Source: Octopus sinensis
Lineage: Eukaryota
Direction of reading: 5' to 3'
DNA: 64,000 bases
NCBI RefSeq assembly: GCF_006345805.1
Contig: NC_042997.1
Span: 196,044,001 to 196,108,000 of the forward strand
Below the pieces are notes generated by a model. The model saw only the letters and a program-made list of their open reading frames with translations. It searched no databases and was not told the DNA's origin. Positions 1 through 11,580 of the stretch are shown one piece after another. Position 1 is the first letter of the stretch. Each line of letters starts with the position of its first letter. Position numbers and translations under genes: made by a program.

Positions 1-210
1 TTATATATAGAGAGATAACTTAGAAAAACTTGGGAAAATATAAGTCTATAAAAAATTCCCGATATTATGAAAAAATCTTAAAGAATATAAGAAGATATAA
101 AAATACCTCACACACACATGTATATATATACATATATTTGTGCGTGTGTGTGTATCTCTATATATATGCATACATACATACATACATACACACACACACA
201 CGCATATATA

Positions 211-280
211 GGAGTATGGTAAGAAGCTTGCTTCCCAACACATGGTTCCGGGTTGAAATGACTGAAACAAGTAAAAGAGA
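211..280 (+). mobile_element. SINE-A, internally deleted copy (head joined to tail)
   Basis: ggtaagaagcttgcttcccaacacatggttccgggtt (head) runs directly into aaatgactgaaacaagtaaaagag (tail), both seen in the full copies at 17274 and 18362. Confidence 0.75.
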
Positions 281-1070
281 ATATATATATATATACGTAT
301 TATAGTTTATTATATTTTTTCTATATGATAGGGTTTATCATGGTTTGAATTACATAATAGTAGTGTTTCTATATATATATAACTTATATATATATTTATA
401 TATATACCATAATATATCGATAGATTTCTATCCAAGAATGTACAGAAACACACTGATAAACTCCATGTTTATCGCACATGTAAATGCTCATGGCTAAATA
501 TCAGAAACATTCAGCAGTAGAATACTTTTGAAACATGGCCTATATGTGTGTGGCTGAGTATATGTGTAAGCATGTGTCTTCATAAACATATAAATATAGA
601 TATATAATATATATATATATAATATATATATATATATATTATATATATATATAATATATATATATATATAATATATATATATATACATACATATAAAGTA
701 TACGAAGACTGTATAAGAGAAATACAAGAATTGTTAATTATATAATCATTAATCATTATTTATACCCTACAGTTGATAGACTTGGAACCTAAATATCATA
801 GAATTAATTACATGTACATTAACAGCAATTTAATTTTTCCAGCTGCATATATCGGAGTCTAATGGATCAAATACTGTTTTAAATATATATGTGTGTTTGT
901 GTTAGTCTGAGTGTGTGTGTGTGTTTTGCATATATCGTACGCATTATGATGTATATATTAGATGATTTTATATGTTTATCGGAATTAACAGCGTTCGTCT
1001 ATGGAAACGTACATAATTTCAATTTCCATTGCACTCTCTAGTTTAAAATCCATATATATATATATATTAT

Positions 1071-1118
<48 letters not shown>

Positions 1119-1127
1119 CATATATAT

Positions 1128-1928
1128 ATCGCTTTCTGTAACACTAGGAATCTTTCACAAATTATATCTTCCCACAATACCAAGCTGCTAAACAAAGATT
1201 CTTCACCCGGGAGTTCCAGCACTAATCTTGCTAATTCCAACCCATCATACAATCATAATAATAGGAATAGTATTAATAGTAACAGCATTGGTAGCAGCGA
1301 AAGCGTTAACAATGATAATATTAATAATAGTATTAGTCGTGTTAATAACAATGGTAGTGTTGATGGTAACAACAATAACGGTATTATTGTCGGTGGTATT
1401 ACTGGTTGTAGTACCATTAATAATACTAATAATAATAGAAATAGTGTAGTTGTTAGCGCTAATAATAATAGTAACAACAATCATAACAACAAAAACTTCG
1501 TTTCGATCTCGGAGGACAACCCCAACAGAATTAAATTTTTGTCTAATAATTCTAAGATTAAAAATTCTATTTACCAGTGTAGAATTTCTTCCGGTACCGA
1601 TGTCTTCTTCTATATAGGAGCGTCCACTTCCCAGTTATCCAAGAGAATTTCAAACCACTATTCAACATTCAGGGATAGTAAAAAACGACATAGTACAGGG
1701 CTAAGTAAATTAGTTTGGCGTCTTAAAGACAACAATGTAAATTTCAAGTTAGATTGGTTCATACTGTCTGTATCCTTTCCTTTTGATAAGGGCAGGAGAT
1801 TTTGTAACATTTGTAAATCTGTACTCTTCCATATTCTTTTCTTTAAGGTTTCCCTAGTAAACACACTCATAGAAAAATCATACAAATGTAAACACTGGCA
1901 GAAACACACTTTCTACTCATATAAATGA
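1128..1928 (+). pseudogene. Penelope-like element, C-terminal ORF fragment with GIY-YIG endonuclease
   Basis: Open frame from 1128: NTRNLSQIISSHNTKLL, Asn-rich linker, IYQC..FYIGAS..SKRISNH..LSKLVW..W..CNICK..LVN..CKH. This matches the GIY-YIG domain of Penelope-like elements. 5'-truncated in (TA)n; no RT present. Confidence 0.85.
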
Positions 1929-2204
1929 TAACGATAGTCACTGTGGTTTGAACAATTAGCTTTACGTCCACCCCACTTCTATAGAGAAATTCTTTCCTAA
2001 GCCTTCGAACATTCTTTCAATCAACGTTCCCTTCCATCTCCACTTGTTCCCTACCTATTATTCCTCTGACCCTTCTCTTCCTACTATCTATCTTTGACGT
2101 CAATTCTTCTAACGGTTTTTTTTTGAAAAAACACTCATTATCGCTTTGTTTACCATGTAGGCAGTCATCGAAATTTTTATTTGTCTTGTTGTCGAGAGAG
2201 GCTC

Positions 2205-2297
2205 CCTTTCTTTCCTGATGAGAAGATTGGATAATGCACCCTTTATTCCTTTGGAATGAAAAAATGCTGTCTTCGAAACATATGTCGAGAGTAAAGG
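2205..2297 (+). ncRNA. Minimal type I hammerhead ribozyme in the Penelope-like 3' region
   Basis: CTGATGA 2215-2221; stem II GAAGA/TCTTC; GAAA 2275-2278; palindromic CATATG; TC at 2285-2286; stem I ctttc/gagag. Confidence 0.8.
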
Positions 2298-2384
2298 AAT
2301 TTTGTTAACATCTTCGTTCGACTCCATTCTTTCATTTATTCATATATATATATATATATATATCTATATATATATATGTATATA

Positions 2385-2614
2385 CTTTATTTAAAGCAGC
2401 AGAAAATTGAACAAAATCTGTTACTCTGAGTTTCTCGTTGCCGTTCATTAGACAGTTTTTGCTAGAAAAAAACTGTCTGATGAACGGCAACGAGAAACTC
2501 AGAGTAACGGATTTTGTTGAATTTTCTGCTGCTTTAAATAAAGCATATTACTCTACCACTGGTATTTGAGTACTCTTTTTTCCACCTTGTTTCACATTTA
2601 TGTGTTTACTCCGG

Positions 2615-2615
<1 letters not shown>
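2385..2615 (+). mobile_element. Fold-back non-autonomous Penelope-type element with a hammerhead motif on each arm
   Basis: Inverted arms of ~75 bp (2385-2460 / 2468-2543) plus a unique tail. Right arm: CTGATGA-ACG gcaa CGA-GAAA-CTCAGAG-TA-acgg. Flanked by (TA)n. Second copy at 56992-57187. Confidence 0.75.
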
Positions 2616-2669
<54 letters not shown>

Positions 2670-2865
2670 CACATATATATATATATATATACATACATAT
2701 ATATACATATATATATATATATACATATATACATACATATAGATATGTGTGTATGTGTATGTATGTATGTATGTATGTATGTATGTATGTATGTATGTAT
2801 GTATGTATGTATGTATGCATGTATGTATGAATGTATGTATGCATGTATATGTATGTACATATGTA
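2615..2865. repeat. (TA)n/(TATG)n compound microsatellite
   Basis: Direct reading. Confidence 0.95.
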
Positions 2866-3277
2866 TAGAGGTTATAAATAAAATAAAAGTTCAGATATGA
2901 AATTTTAAAATCTATCATTCAAACTTTGTTTGGGTATGCTCCTAGTAGTGTGCCAGCAGAGCACTTTCACCACTTACGGCTGCAGTGTATGGATTTTGGC
3001 CGTTGGATCTACCTTGGGATTCCTCGTTACACGTTGAGTACACTCTAAGTGATTGATACGGAAGACTATTGGTTCCTCTGATTTTTTTTTTTTTTTTTTT
3101 GCTTTCGGTCATCCTGGTTTTTCGTGTATTCTGGTTATTGCTGTATTTGAGTACTCCGTGTAGGCTAGTTATAGCTGTGAGCGTTCTGAGCTGTTTCTTC
3201 TGTAATCGCTGGAGGTGTATTTCTTAGCTTGCGGTTTATCGTACTTGTTAGTTATAACTATGCTCTATGTTAGTTAT

Positions 3278-3685
3278 TTTTTCTTTTCTTTTTTCTTTTA
3301 TTTGTTTCAGTCATTTGACTGCGGCCATGCTGGAGCACCGCCTTTAGTCGAGCAAATCGACCCCGGGACTTATTCTTTGTAAGCCCAGTACTTATTCTAT
3401 CGGTCTCTCTTGCCGAACCGCTAAGTGACAGGGACGTAAACACACCAGCATCGGTTGTCAAGCAATGCTAGGGGGACAAACACACACACACACAAACATA
3501 TATACATATATACACATATATACGACAAGCTTCTTTCAGTTTCCATCTACCAAATCCACTCACAAGGCATTGGTCGGCCCGAGGCTATAGCAGAAGACAC
3601 TTGCCCAAGACGCCACGCAGTGGGACTGAACCCGGAACCATGTGGTTGGTTAGCAAGCTACTTACCACACAGCCACTCCTGCGCC
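3278..3685 (-). mobile_element. SINE-A, full length with target-site duplication (TSD)
   Basis: Minus strand begins ggcgcaggagtggctgtgtggtaag (A-box-like), B-box-like ggttcagtccc, internal (TG)n, tail gactgaaacaaataaaag. TSD tatgttagttat at 3266-3277 and 3686-3697. Confidence 0.92.
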
Positions 3686-4258
3686 TATGTTAGTTATGTT
3701 AGTTATGTTAGTTATGTTATTTATTGCTAGGCTGTTATTTCTGTAATAGGTGAATGTGGATTTGTTAGCGTGTATGCAACGTGCAATTCGTTCGGATAAT
3801 TTGTTATTATCTTTTTCTCTAGGTAATAAAAAGGGACAAAGATCTATGTGAATAACTTTATATGGATGCACGTAGCTTTGTTTAAACACATATTTCTGAC
3901 CCTCAATAACAAGAGGTGGATGTATATACATAGACAGGACTGCTGATGTGTATATATCAGGCACGTGCCGTCAGTAATTTATCAGAATAGGCAGTTGGTG
4001 ATCTTTATGTAGTAGAACACATAAAAAATAAGCGAAACGCAGGCACGCGACTGAGTTGAAGGCATATTTACTTCTGCCTTTATAACACGTAAAGAAAACG
4101 ATGTTGTAGGAGTGTATGCAGCGCATGTACTACAGCAGTAATATGTAGGAGTAGGGGCCGAAACCGGACGTGGTTCCTCCTGATGATGCCTTGCACTAAC
4201 TGGATCCTATAAAGGAGTTGTTGTGGTAGCAGACCACGAAACACGGTTGTAATTCCTC

Positions 4259-4361
4259 AGTACTAGGCTTACAAAGAATAAGTCCTGGGGGTCGATTTGC
4301 TCGACTAAAAGGGGTGCTCCAGCATGGCCGCAGTCAAATGACAAGTAAAAGTGTAAAAGAG
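4259..4361 (+). mobile_element. SINE-A 3' fragment
   Basis: agtactaggcttacaaagaataagtcctgggg...gctccagcatggccgcagtcaaatgac. Confidence 0.85.
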
Positions 4362-4761
4362 TAATCCATCTACAGCACTGCAACAGATCCCAGTCTTCAG
4401 TCGTTTTAAGTACAGAACTCAATAAAGTCTTTGATCTTTATTTCATGATTCTATTATTAACTCTTGAATTTTATTTCTATGCGATCGATATCACTAATAT
4501 TGGTGCGTAACTATATATACACAAGAGTGTCCCGATACTATGGGAAATTATCAGATGTGTTTCTCGTATATTGTTGTACGAACATATTGTTTATATGATT
4601 AGCGCTTACGACACCTTTACATTGTTTCATCTTTCGTTGCCCTTGGGTGGTGATGTTTTATTTCTTTCTTGTCATACACTAATTCACACATCCTAGATGA
4701 CTTCAACACCTGTTACATAACAAAATATTGAAACATAAAGCGAAACGTAATATAAACTAGA

Positions 4762-5017
4762 ATATATATATGTGTGTGTGTGTGTGCGTGTATGTGTTAT
4801 ATATATATATATGTATGTATATATATATGTATGTATAGATGTATATATATATGTATGTATATATACATACAAATACACACATATATATGTGTGTGTGTAT
4901 GGATGTATATATGTATATATGTATGTATGTATATATGTATGTATGAATATATATATATGTATGTATAGATGTATATATATGTATATATACATACAAATAC
5001 ACATATATATGTGTGTG

Positions 5018-5049
<32 letters not shown>

Positions 5050-5150
5050 CACACATACACAGAAGTATATATGTGCTTATATATATAAACGCAAACACAC
5101 ACACGCATATATATATATATACAGAGAGAAAGAGAGAGGGAGAGAGAGAT
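4762..5150. repeat. Compound (TA)/(TG)/(CA)/(GA) microsatellite
   Basis: Direct reading. Confidence 0.95.
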
Positions 5151-5455
5151 TCCTTTGTATTTGTTCATATTTATTTACACGCTTTTGTCTGGCTCACTTG
5201 TAAAATAGAAGACACAAAGAAGGATCCTTCATGCAGTTTCTCGATTTCGCAGTAATAATAGCCAAATAACCCTAAAACCAGGCATGGTCGTGTAGTTAAG
5301 AAGCTAACTTGCAGCCCCATAGTTTCAGATCCAATCCAACTGCGTAGCATCTCTTTATATCTTACATTGTATGACACTGATATGGTTTCCAAATTTTCAA
5401 AAAAGTCCCGAATTAAATAGATTAATTTTCGAACAAATATTCAAACATATATATA

Positions 5456-5706
5456 TTGGATTGGTGCATAATTATTGCGGCTTTTTTTCAACAAATTTTA
5501 TTCAACAAAAACAATAACATCGTCTAACAAAAAAGCATTTAACTGATTATTCCGGAGCATATTCACCATCTACTTTAATTGCTGCTTCCCATCTGCTTGG
5601 CAGACGACCAGACCGTCATTTAAAGATGTTTTTTTTTAATATTGTTATACTTTTTGTCGAATAATATTTGCTGAAAAAAAGCCACAATAATTATGCACCA
5701 AGTCAA
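5456..5706 (-). mobile_element. Internally deleted mariner element (MITE)
   Basis: TIRs ttggattggtgcataattattgcggctttttt / aaaaaagccacaataattatgcaccaagtcaa, TA on both sides. Minus strand keeps the transposase C-terminus RLPSRWEAAIKVDGEYAPE*. Confidence 0.88.
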
Positions 5707-5792
5707 TACGATCATTTAACCAAGTTCACACACGTTGAAGGTCGATACTTTTGTGGTATCACTTTTCTGGCCCATATAATTGATATTTATTT

Positions 5793-6005
5793 TTTATTGC
5801 ACACAGGGGCCTAAACATAGAGGGAATACACAAGGACAAAGGGATTAATCGATCACATCAACTCCAGTGCATAACTGGTACTTACTTGATCGACGCCGAA
5901 AAGATGAAAGGTAAAGTCGACCTCGGTGGAATTTGAACTCAGAACGTAAGGGCAGACGAGATACTGCTAAGCATTTCGCCCGGCGTGCTAATGATTCTGC
6001 CAATC
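5793..6005 (-). mobile_element. SINE-B (core resembles Meta-domain SINEs)
   Basis: Reverse complement of ggcagaa..ttagcacgccgggcgaaatgcttagc..gttctgagttcaaattcc..gtcgacttt.cctttcatc..gtcgat. Confidence 0.85.
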
Positions 6006-6050
6006 GATGCCCTCTATATGATTAATATCATTATAATTGTATAATTATAT

Positions 6051-6344
6051 GTTTGTCCCTTCTCGAGCCATGCTTGTCTCATTAGGGCCGGTTTCCCGGT
6101 TTCCTTGGCGTATGGGTTCCCCACCCGGACGGGACGCAGGTCCGTCGCAGGTTAGCTGCAAGATGCAGGAAGGAAGAGTGAGAGAAAGTTGTGGTGAAAG
6201 AGTCAGTAGAAGTTCGCCATTACCCTCTGCCGGAGCCACGTGGAGCTTAGGTATTTCGCTCATAAACACACACATCACCCAGTCTGAGATTCGAACCCTC
6301 GATCCCTCGACCGCTGCTCTAACCACTCGGTCATGTGCCTCCAC
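6051..6344 (-). mobile_element. SINE-C, tail type 1, with 13-bp TSD
   Basis: tRNA-like head ggaggcacatgaccgagtggttagagcagcgg..ggttcgaatc. TSD tgtataattatat at 6038-6050 and 6345-6357. Confidence 0.88.
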
Positions 6345-6548
6345 TGTATAATTATATAAGGAAATATAATTGTATGAGTAAATCATAACTTCCCTTATTC
6401 TACCTCCAAATAGTATTACTTATCTGAACTATCACCGGCCATACTTTTTATATTCTTCTTTATCCCCTAATTCTAATGAACCGTTAACAAATGTATAAGA
6501 AAACTACAGATTAACTATTGTGTTGATAATCGTAAACCAAACGCAGAT

Positions 6549-6680
6549 TCGTCTGCTAACAAATCCACTCACAAGTTATTCTCGGCTCGGAGGCTGTAGG
6601 AGAAGACACTTGGTGAAGATGCCATGCAGTGGGACTGAACCAGGAACTATGTGGATGGAAAGCAAACTTCTTACCACACA
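6549..6680 (-). mobile_element. SINE-A 5' fragment, decayed
   Basis: aaatccactcacaag..gacacttg..gcagtgggactgaacc..cttaccacac. Confidence 0.75.
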
Positions 6681-6974
6681 TCCGTATTTATGTAGTTTTG
6701 TTTTAGGTGTTTCTATATTCGCGAGTTGACATAGGCTTCTCGGTACCTTGACCAAACAGAACTTTCATGAAGAGGCAGTTAATGATAGAGTGGGGTGGCA
6801 TCGTGATTAAGCTGGAGTTCAAACTCATCGTATTTGGAGTTTAATTAAGGTTTTATTAAGATAGGAGATATCATACAAGGGAGAGGTGTGCGTCTCTGCA
6901 AGTGTTGGAATGTATGTGTGTGTGAGAGAGACCTGAAGAGGTAGTTTCTATGTTTGCATAGTTCTATTGAGTGT

Positions 6975-7356
6975 GGAGGTGTAATGGCCCAGTGGTTAGG
7001 GCAGCGGACTCGCGGTCATAGGATCGCGGTTTCGATTCCCAGACCGGGCGTTGTGAGTGTTTATTGAGCGAAAACACCTAAAGCTCCACGAGGCTCCGGC
7101 AGGGGATGGTGGTGATCCCTGCTGTACTCTTTCACCACAACTTTCTCTCACTCTTACTTGCTGTTTCTTTTGTACCTGTATTTCAAAGGGCCGGCCTTGT
7201 CACTCTCTGTGTCACGCTGAATATCCCCGAGAACTACGTTAAGGGTACACGTGTCTGTGGAGTGCTCAGCCACTTACACGTTAATTTCACGAGCGGGCTG
7301 TTCCGTTGATTCGGATCAACCGGAACCCTCGTCGTCGTAACCGACGGAGTGCTTCC
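6975..7356 (+). mobile_element. SINE-C, tail type 2
   Basis: ggaggtgtaatggcccagtggttagggcagcggactcgcggtcataggatcgcggtttcgattccc (A/B boxes). Shares head and core with 6051-6344. Confidence 0.88.
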
Positions 7357-8124
7357 CAGTTCAATTGTGTGCTTTGCGTATGAATGACTGCATGCGTCAC
7401 TCTATGTGTGTTTGTGTGAACGCATGTATGTGTAGCTGCATTTCTCTGTATGTGCCTTTGTGAGAAATGCCGTATCATCGTTTTGATGACGTCTAAATGC
7501 AGACTCCTCTGATTTGTTTGTGTCTTGGTGTCACAAAAATACTTAGCGCCAGAGAGAATTTGAAAGGAATATCAATGTACAAGGCGAGACGATCCTCTAT
7601 AGATAAATGTGAATGGCTAAAACGTTTCTGTAACTAAACGTTGCGGATGTCAATTGTGTCACCTCATTACCAAAGCATTAGCCTTTACGTTGAACGCTGA
7701 TTTGCTAAAAAAGCTTTCGTATGTTTCAGCCTGCTGGAGCCTATCGTATTTAAAGACACAATTCAGCCATTTCACAACAGTTATAGATTCTGAAATCCAT
7801 TAGTTATCTTTGAACACTATTCCTTATATATTTGCCTGAAGGTTGTAAAAAATTAAAGTAGTGTACAGTTATAAAAAAACGAAATCGGTCGATGTGGAAA
7901 TTTCATTGACTAATATATTTATCAATACAAAATTTTGCAAACTATGTATATAAACGCGCACACACATACACACATACATAAATGTGTTTCAAAGCACAGC
8001 CTCGCCACATGCATACATACACACATACATACACGCAGACACACACACACAGACACACACACAGACACAGACACACACACAACACATATATATATATTAT
8101 TTTTATTATTATTAGTTCGTCCGT

Positions 8125-8750
8125 CGTTGTCGACGATGACCTGGGACATCAGATGGGAGAAGACGCGGCGAAGAGTCTCCGACTGTAGCCAACCAGGTCG
8201 AGCAGTGGTGGTTTTTTGTTATGATCGAAGCTAAGGAGCTGTCTCTGGACTTGCGTAGTTTGCATTTTTTATGTGGCCCTGCAATCCTGTCCTCTTCGTA
8301 AGAGTTTGCACTTCCGTTGGTGCAGCTTCACCGGGCAGAGAGGTCTTGTGTTTGCGTTTTCTAGGTGCCAGGGTTGACCTCAGACTAATTCAGTGTGACT
8401 CTGAGTATGTACCCGTCCTTGAAATGCCTTTTCTGTCCACATTGCGCACGCTTGCATTTCGCCAAATGCCGCAAAACAGTCGCGTGTTAGGCATTCGAAC
8501 AACATGGCCTGCTCACTTGATATACGCTCTCCTCAGCAGTGGGAAAATACTTGGCATATCTCCTCGAGAGAGGACATACATGTTTCGGACCTTATCATGC
8601 TAGGTGATTTACAGCGGCTCTCTCAAGTAATTCAGGTCTTTGGTGCAACGTTCATAAACCGTCCAAGTCTCGCAGGCATACAGAACTACTTGGTGCATCT
8701 TCACCTTGGTTGTCAGCCTAATGCCTCTCCTCTCTCACAGTGATTCACCT
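8125..8750 (-). mobile_element. RTE-clade LINE 3' remnant
   Basis: Minus translation VRNMYVLSRGDMPSIFPLLRRAYIK*AGHVVRMPNTR resembles the RTE motif V.N.EVL.RA..PSI...LRWAGHV.RMP; contains stops and frameshifts. Confidence 0.7.
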
Positions 8751-8834
8751 AGCTTTCGGCATACTGGGCTTCTCTTGGCGTTGCACGAGACCACTTCATA
8801 TACATGTTCATGCATACACCATACAGCTATACAC

Positions 8835-8934
<100 letters not shown>

Positions 8935-9022
8935 TATATATATACATACATATATGTATATACATATATATATGCATAAATAGACATCTATATATACATG
9001 ACTTCTAGTTTTGTTTAACCAG

Positions 9023-9076
9023 CAGATTCCATGTAAAACAGATGATAGAACAGCTAAATACATATTGCATATGTTT
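9023..9076 (+). CDS. Candidate 54-nt host exon ([18 protein letters not shown])
   Basis: Pyrimidine tract plus CAG acceptor, open 18 codons, GTAAGT donor; paralogous copy at 9919-9975. Confidence 0.4.
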
Positions 9077-9227
9077 GTAAGTATGTATGCATGTATGTAT
9101 GTATGTACGTATGTACGTATGTACGTATGTATATATATATATTGTATATATAAATAAATATATATATATATAAATAAATAAATATATATATATATATATA
9201 TAAATACATCTATGTATGTATGTGTGT

Positions 9228-9284
9228 AGATAGATAGACAGAAAGATAGATGGATAGATAGATAGATAGACAGAAAGATAGATG

Positions 9285-9372
<88 letters not shown>
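9228..9372. repeat. (GATA)n microsatellite
   Basis: Direct reading. Confidence 0.95.
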
Positions 9373-9373
<1 letters not shown>

Positions 9374-9918
9374 AATAATAGGAATATGAAAGCAAAATTA
9401 AGATATATAGCTTCACAATTAACAGCGAGGGACAATTATAAATCATAATATGAAACAAATATTTAGTGTGAATAACAAAACATTGGCCCTCGAATTTATT
9501 GATGGATCAAAAAAGGCCAATCTCCTAGTTCACAGAAAAGAATAGGACACGCGCACAGCTCCAAATTAACTGTACGTTTGAACTACAAAAGTAAAGAACA
9601 ACCAATATATTGATCATATTTTTGACAAGAATGGAGTTGATTAAGAACTATTCAAAAACTCGAGTTCCAACGATAACACAATTACATGTTGATAAATACC
9701 ATGTCAGGAGTAGAAATTGCAGTTTTAATTAGATTCTCTTGTCTCTGTACAAGAGAGAACATAGCGACTAGAAGGGTATTACCATTAATAAACGGACGAA
9801 AACGTTTAACATATTGTATCGATTTTGCCTAAACTATCGGCGATTTGGAAGCCGGTCATTGTGTTCTTTTGAATTTGGTATTGTACACCTAATCATTTGT
9901 TTATTTCTGACTTGCCAG

Positions 9919-9975
9919 CAGCTTCCATGTAAAACAGAAGATGGTAGAGTAGCTGAATACGTATTGCGTCTACGA
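9919..9975 (+). CDS. Candidate 57-nt host exon (QLPCKTEDGRVAEYVLRLR)
   Basis: CAG acceptor, open 19 codons, weak GTGATA donor; similar to 9023-9076. Confidence 0.3.
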
Positions 9976-10236
9976 GTGATACTTTTGAAACTACCTTATT
10001 CTTATTAGAACCTTTATCACAATCACTTATTCCGAAAGATACTAAATTAAGCCATGCCTCGGTAATGAACGACACTAATAAACAAACTTTTGTATAACTT
10101 TAACGTCCTTGACGACTATAACTTTATGGAATTATTACTTGTGAATTTATCAATAATTCACATGACCAAACGTTCCGATCCATTTTAAACTGATTTGTAG
10201 CCAGTTGCAAATATTTATTAATCTAGTGGCTCTAAG

Positions 10237-11580
10237 TTTAACTGGAGGCGCTTGGGCTAGTATTTAGGGTATACCATTGGTGATTACAAGATCTTGATTT
10301 CGATTCTCGTACGTGGCCAATGTGTTTATCGCATCGGTCATTACCTACCGCCTGATCGTTGTGTCCTGTCCGGATTCGTGGTTGAACAGGTTGGAGAGAC
10401 ACCTCTTTCGCTTTTTGTGGAAGGGCAGGTCGCCACTTGTGAAATGCTCTGTCTGCTGTCAAAAGCCTTTAAAGGGAGGTTTAGGGATACCTTAGTTAAT
10501 GATGCGCAAACATGCGTTGAGTTTGAGGCACCTCTGGATTCTCCTGGATAGTGAACGGGTGTGGTCTCCGCTGGCCAGACAAATGTTCCCCGAGTTCAAA
10601 AGTGTTTGCGAACAGGAAGCCTGGTGTTCTCGTATACCGAGGTCGAGTGAGTGGCATAAAGAGTGCCGTAAGGCCCTCTTGCTATTCCGACGCTCGGGCA
10701 ACGCCAGCGGTGGTGGTTCCATACGGATTTTATATAACGGGTTGGTAGAGTCTGAATGCGACGTTGAATTGGGGCGACTCTAGGTCTCGGTTTTAGTCAA
10801 CTGGACAGCCTGTTTCACAGTACATTCGGGATGAGAACGTTGGACAACTTCCAAAAGTCCTTAACCTGGCAATGCTACAGAGGTGCCTTGCTCGTTTGGG
10901 ATAAGCTCGCAAGACACGGTAAGCGTCAGTCGCCGACCTGTCCAAAGTGCGGGGAAGGGGCGACAGGGAAACCGTCCCTCACACTATTGTTCAGTATCCA
11001 GAGATAACTGAAATGTGGGCTTATGCTGAACACCTGTTGTCCGGCGAAAGAAGAGTACAGCTGTCGACTGAGTCATTTAAAAAAATTGACCCACCGGGAG
11101 TTCTAACGAACGAAGGTAAGAATTGTTTTCTCACGGTTGCAGCAATAGCAAAAGAGGCAGTATGGAAGACTAGGATAAAAGGAATTAAGACAGGCAACTT
11201 TGACTCTGGTCACAATTTACGATCATTTTTTTTTCTTTTCATTTGAAAAGGAAGCTGTGGCTGGAGAAGAGATGTCTGTCGGAGTGTACGTTCCAAAAGA
11301 GATGGAAGTATGTTGCACTAGTGTTGTTCGTGCAAGGAACCGTGTGAATAAACGGAAAAAAAAGGTACCAGCGGTAGATCGGGGCTTGTGGGGTCGGAGC
11401 GGGGCCTGATCATCGCTTCATTTATATTTTCTTTGTATTGTTAATTCCATTCGATTTTTTTTATATATTGTATTTAAATTTTTAAAGTCACATTATATGT
11501 AAAATCATATCGCTTCACTCATCCCATTAGTTGTTCTGTCCATTTGTATGTTTGGCCCCCAGGTAGGCAATAAAGAAATT
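10237..11580 (+). mobile_element. Tx1/L1-group LINE, 5'-truncated ORF2 C-terminus plus 3' UTR
   Basis: FRFLWKGRSPLVK..PLKGGLGIP, zinc knuckle TCPKCG..ETVPH, terminal HLKRKLWLEKR..FQKRW, broken by stops and frameshifts. 3' UTR ends gcccccaggtaggcaataaagaaat. Confidence 0.85.

Noticed and set aside
6975-7050. tRNA-like sequences at SINE heads
   Set aside because: They continue into SINE cores and tails and do not form complete cloverleaves, so they are not tRNA genes.
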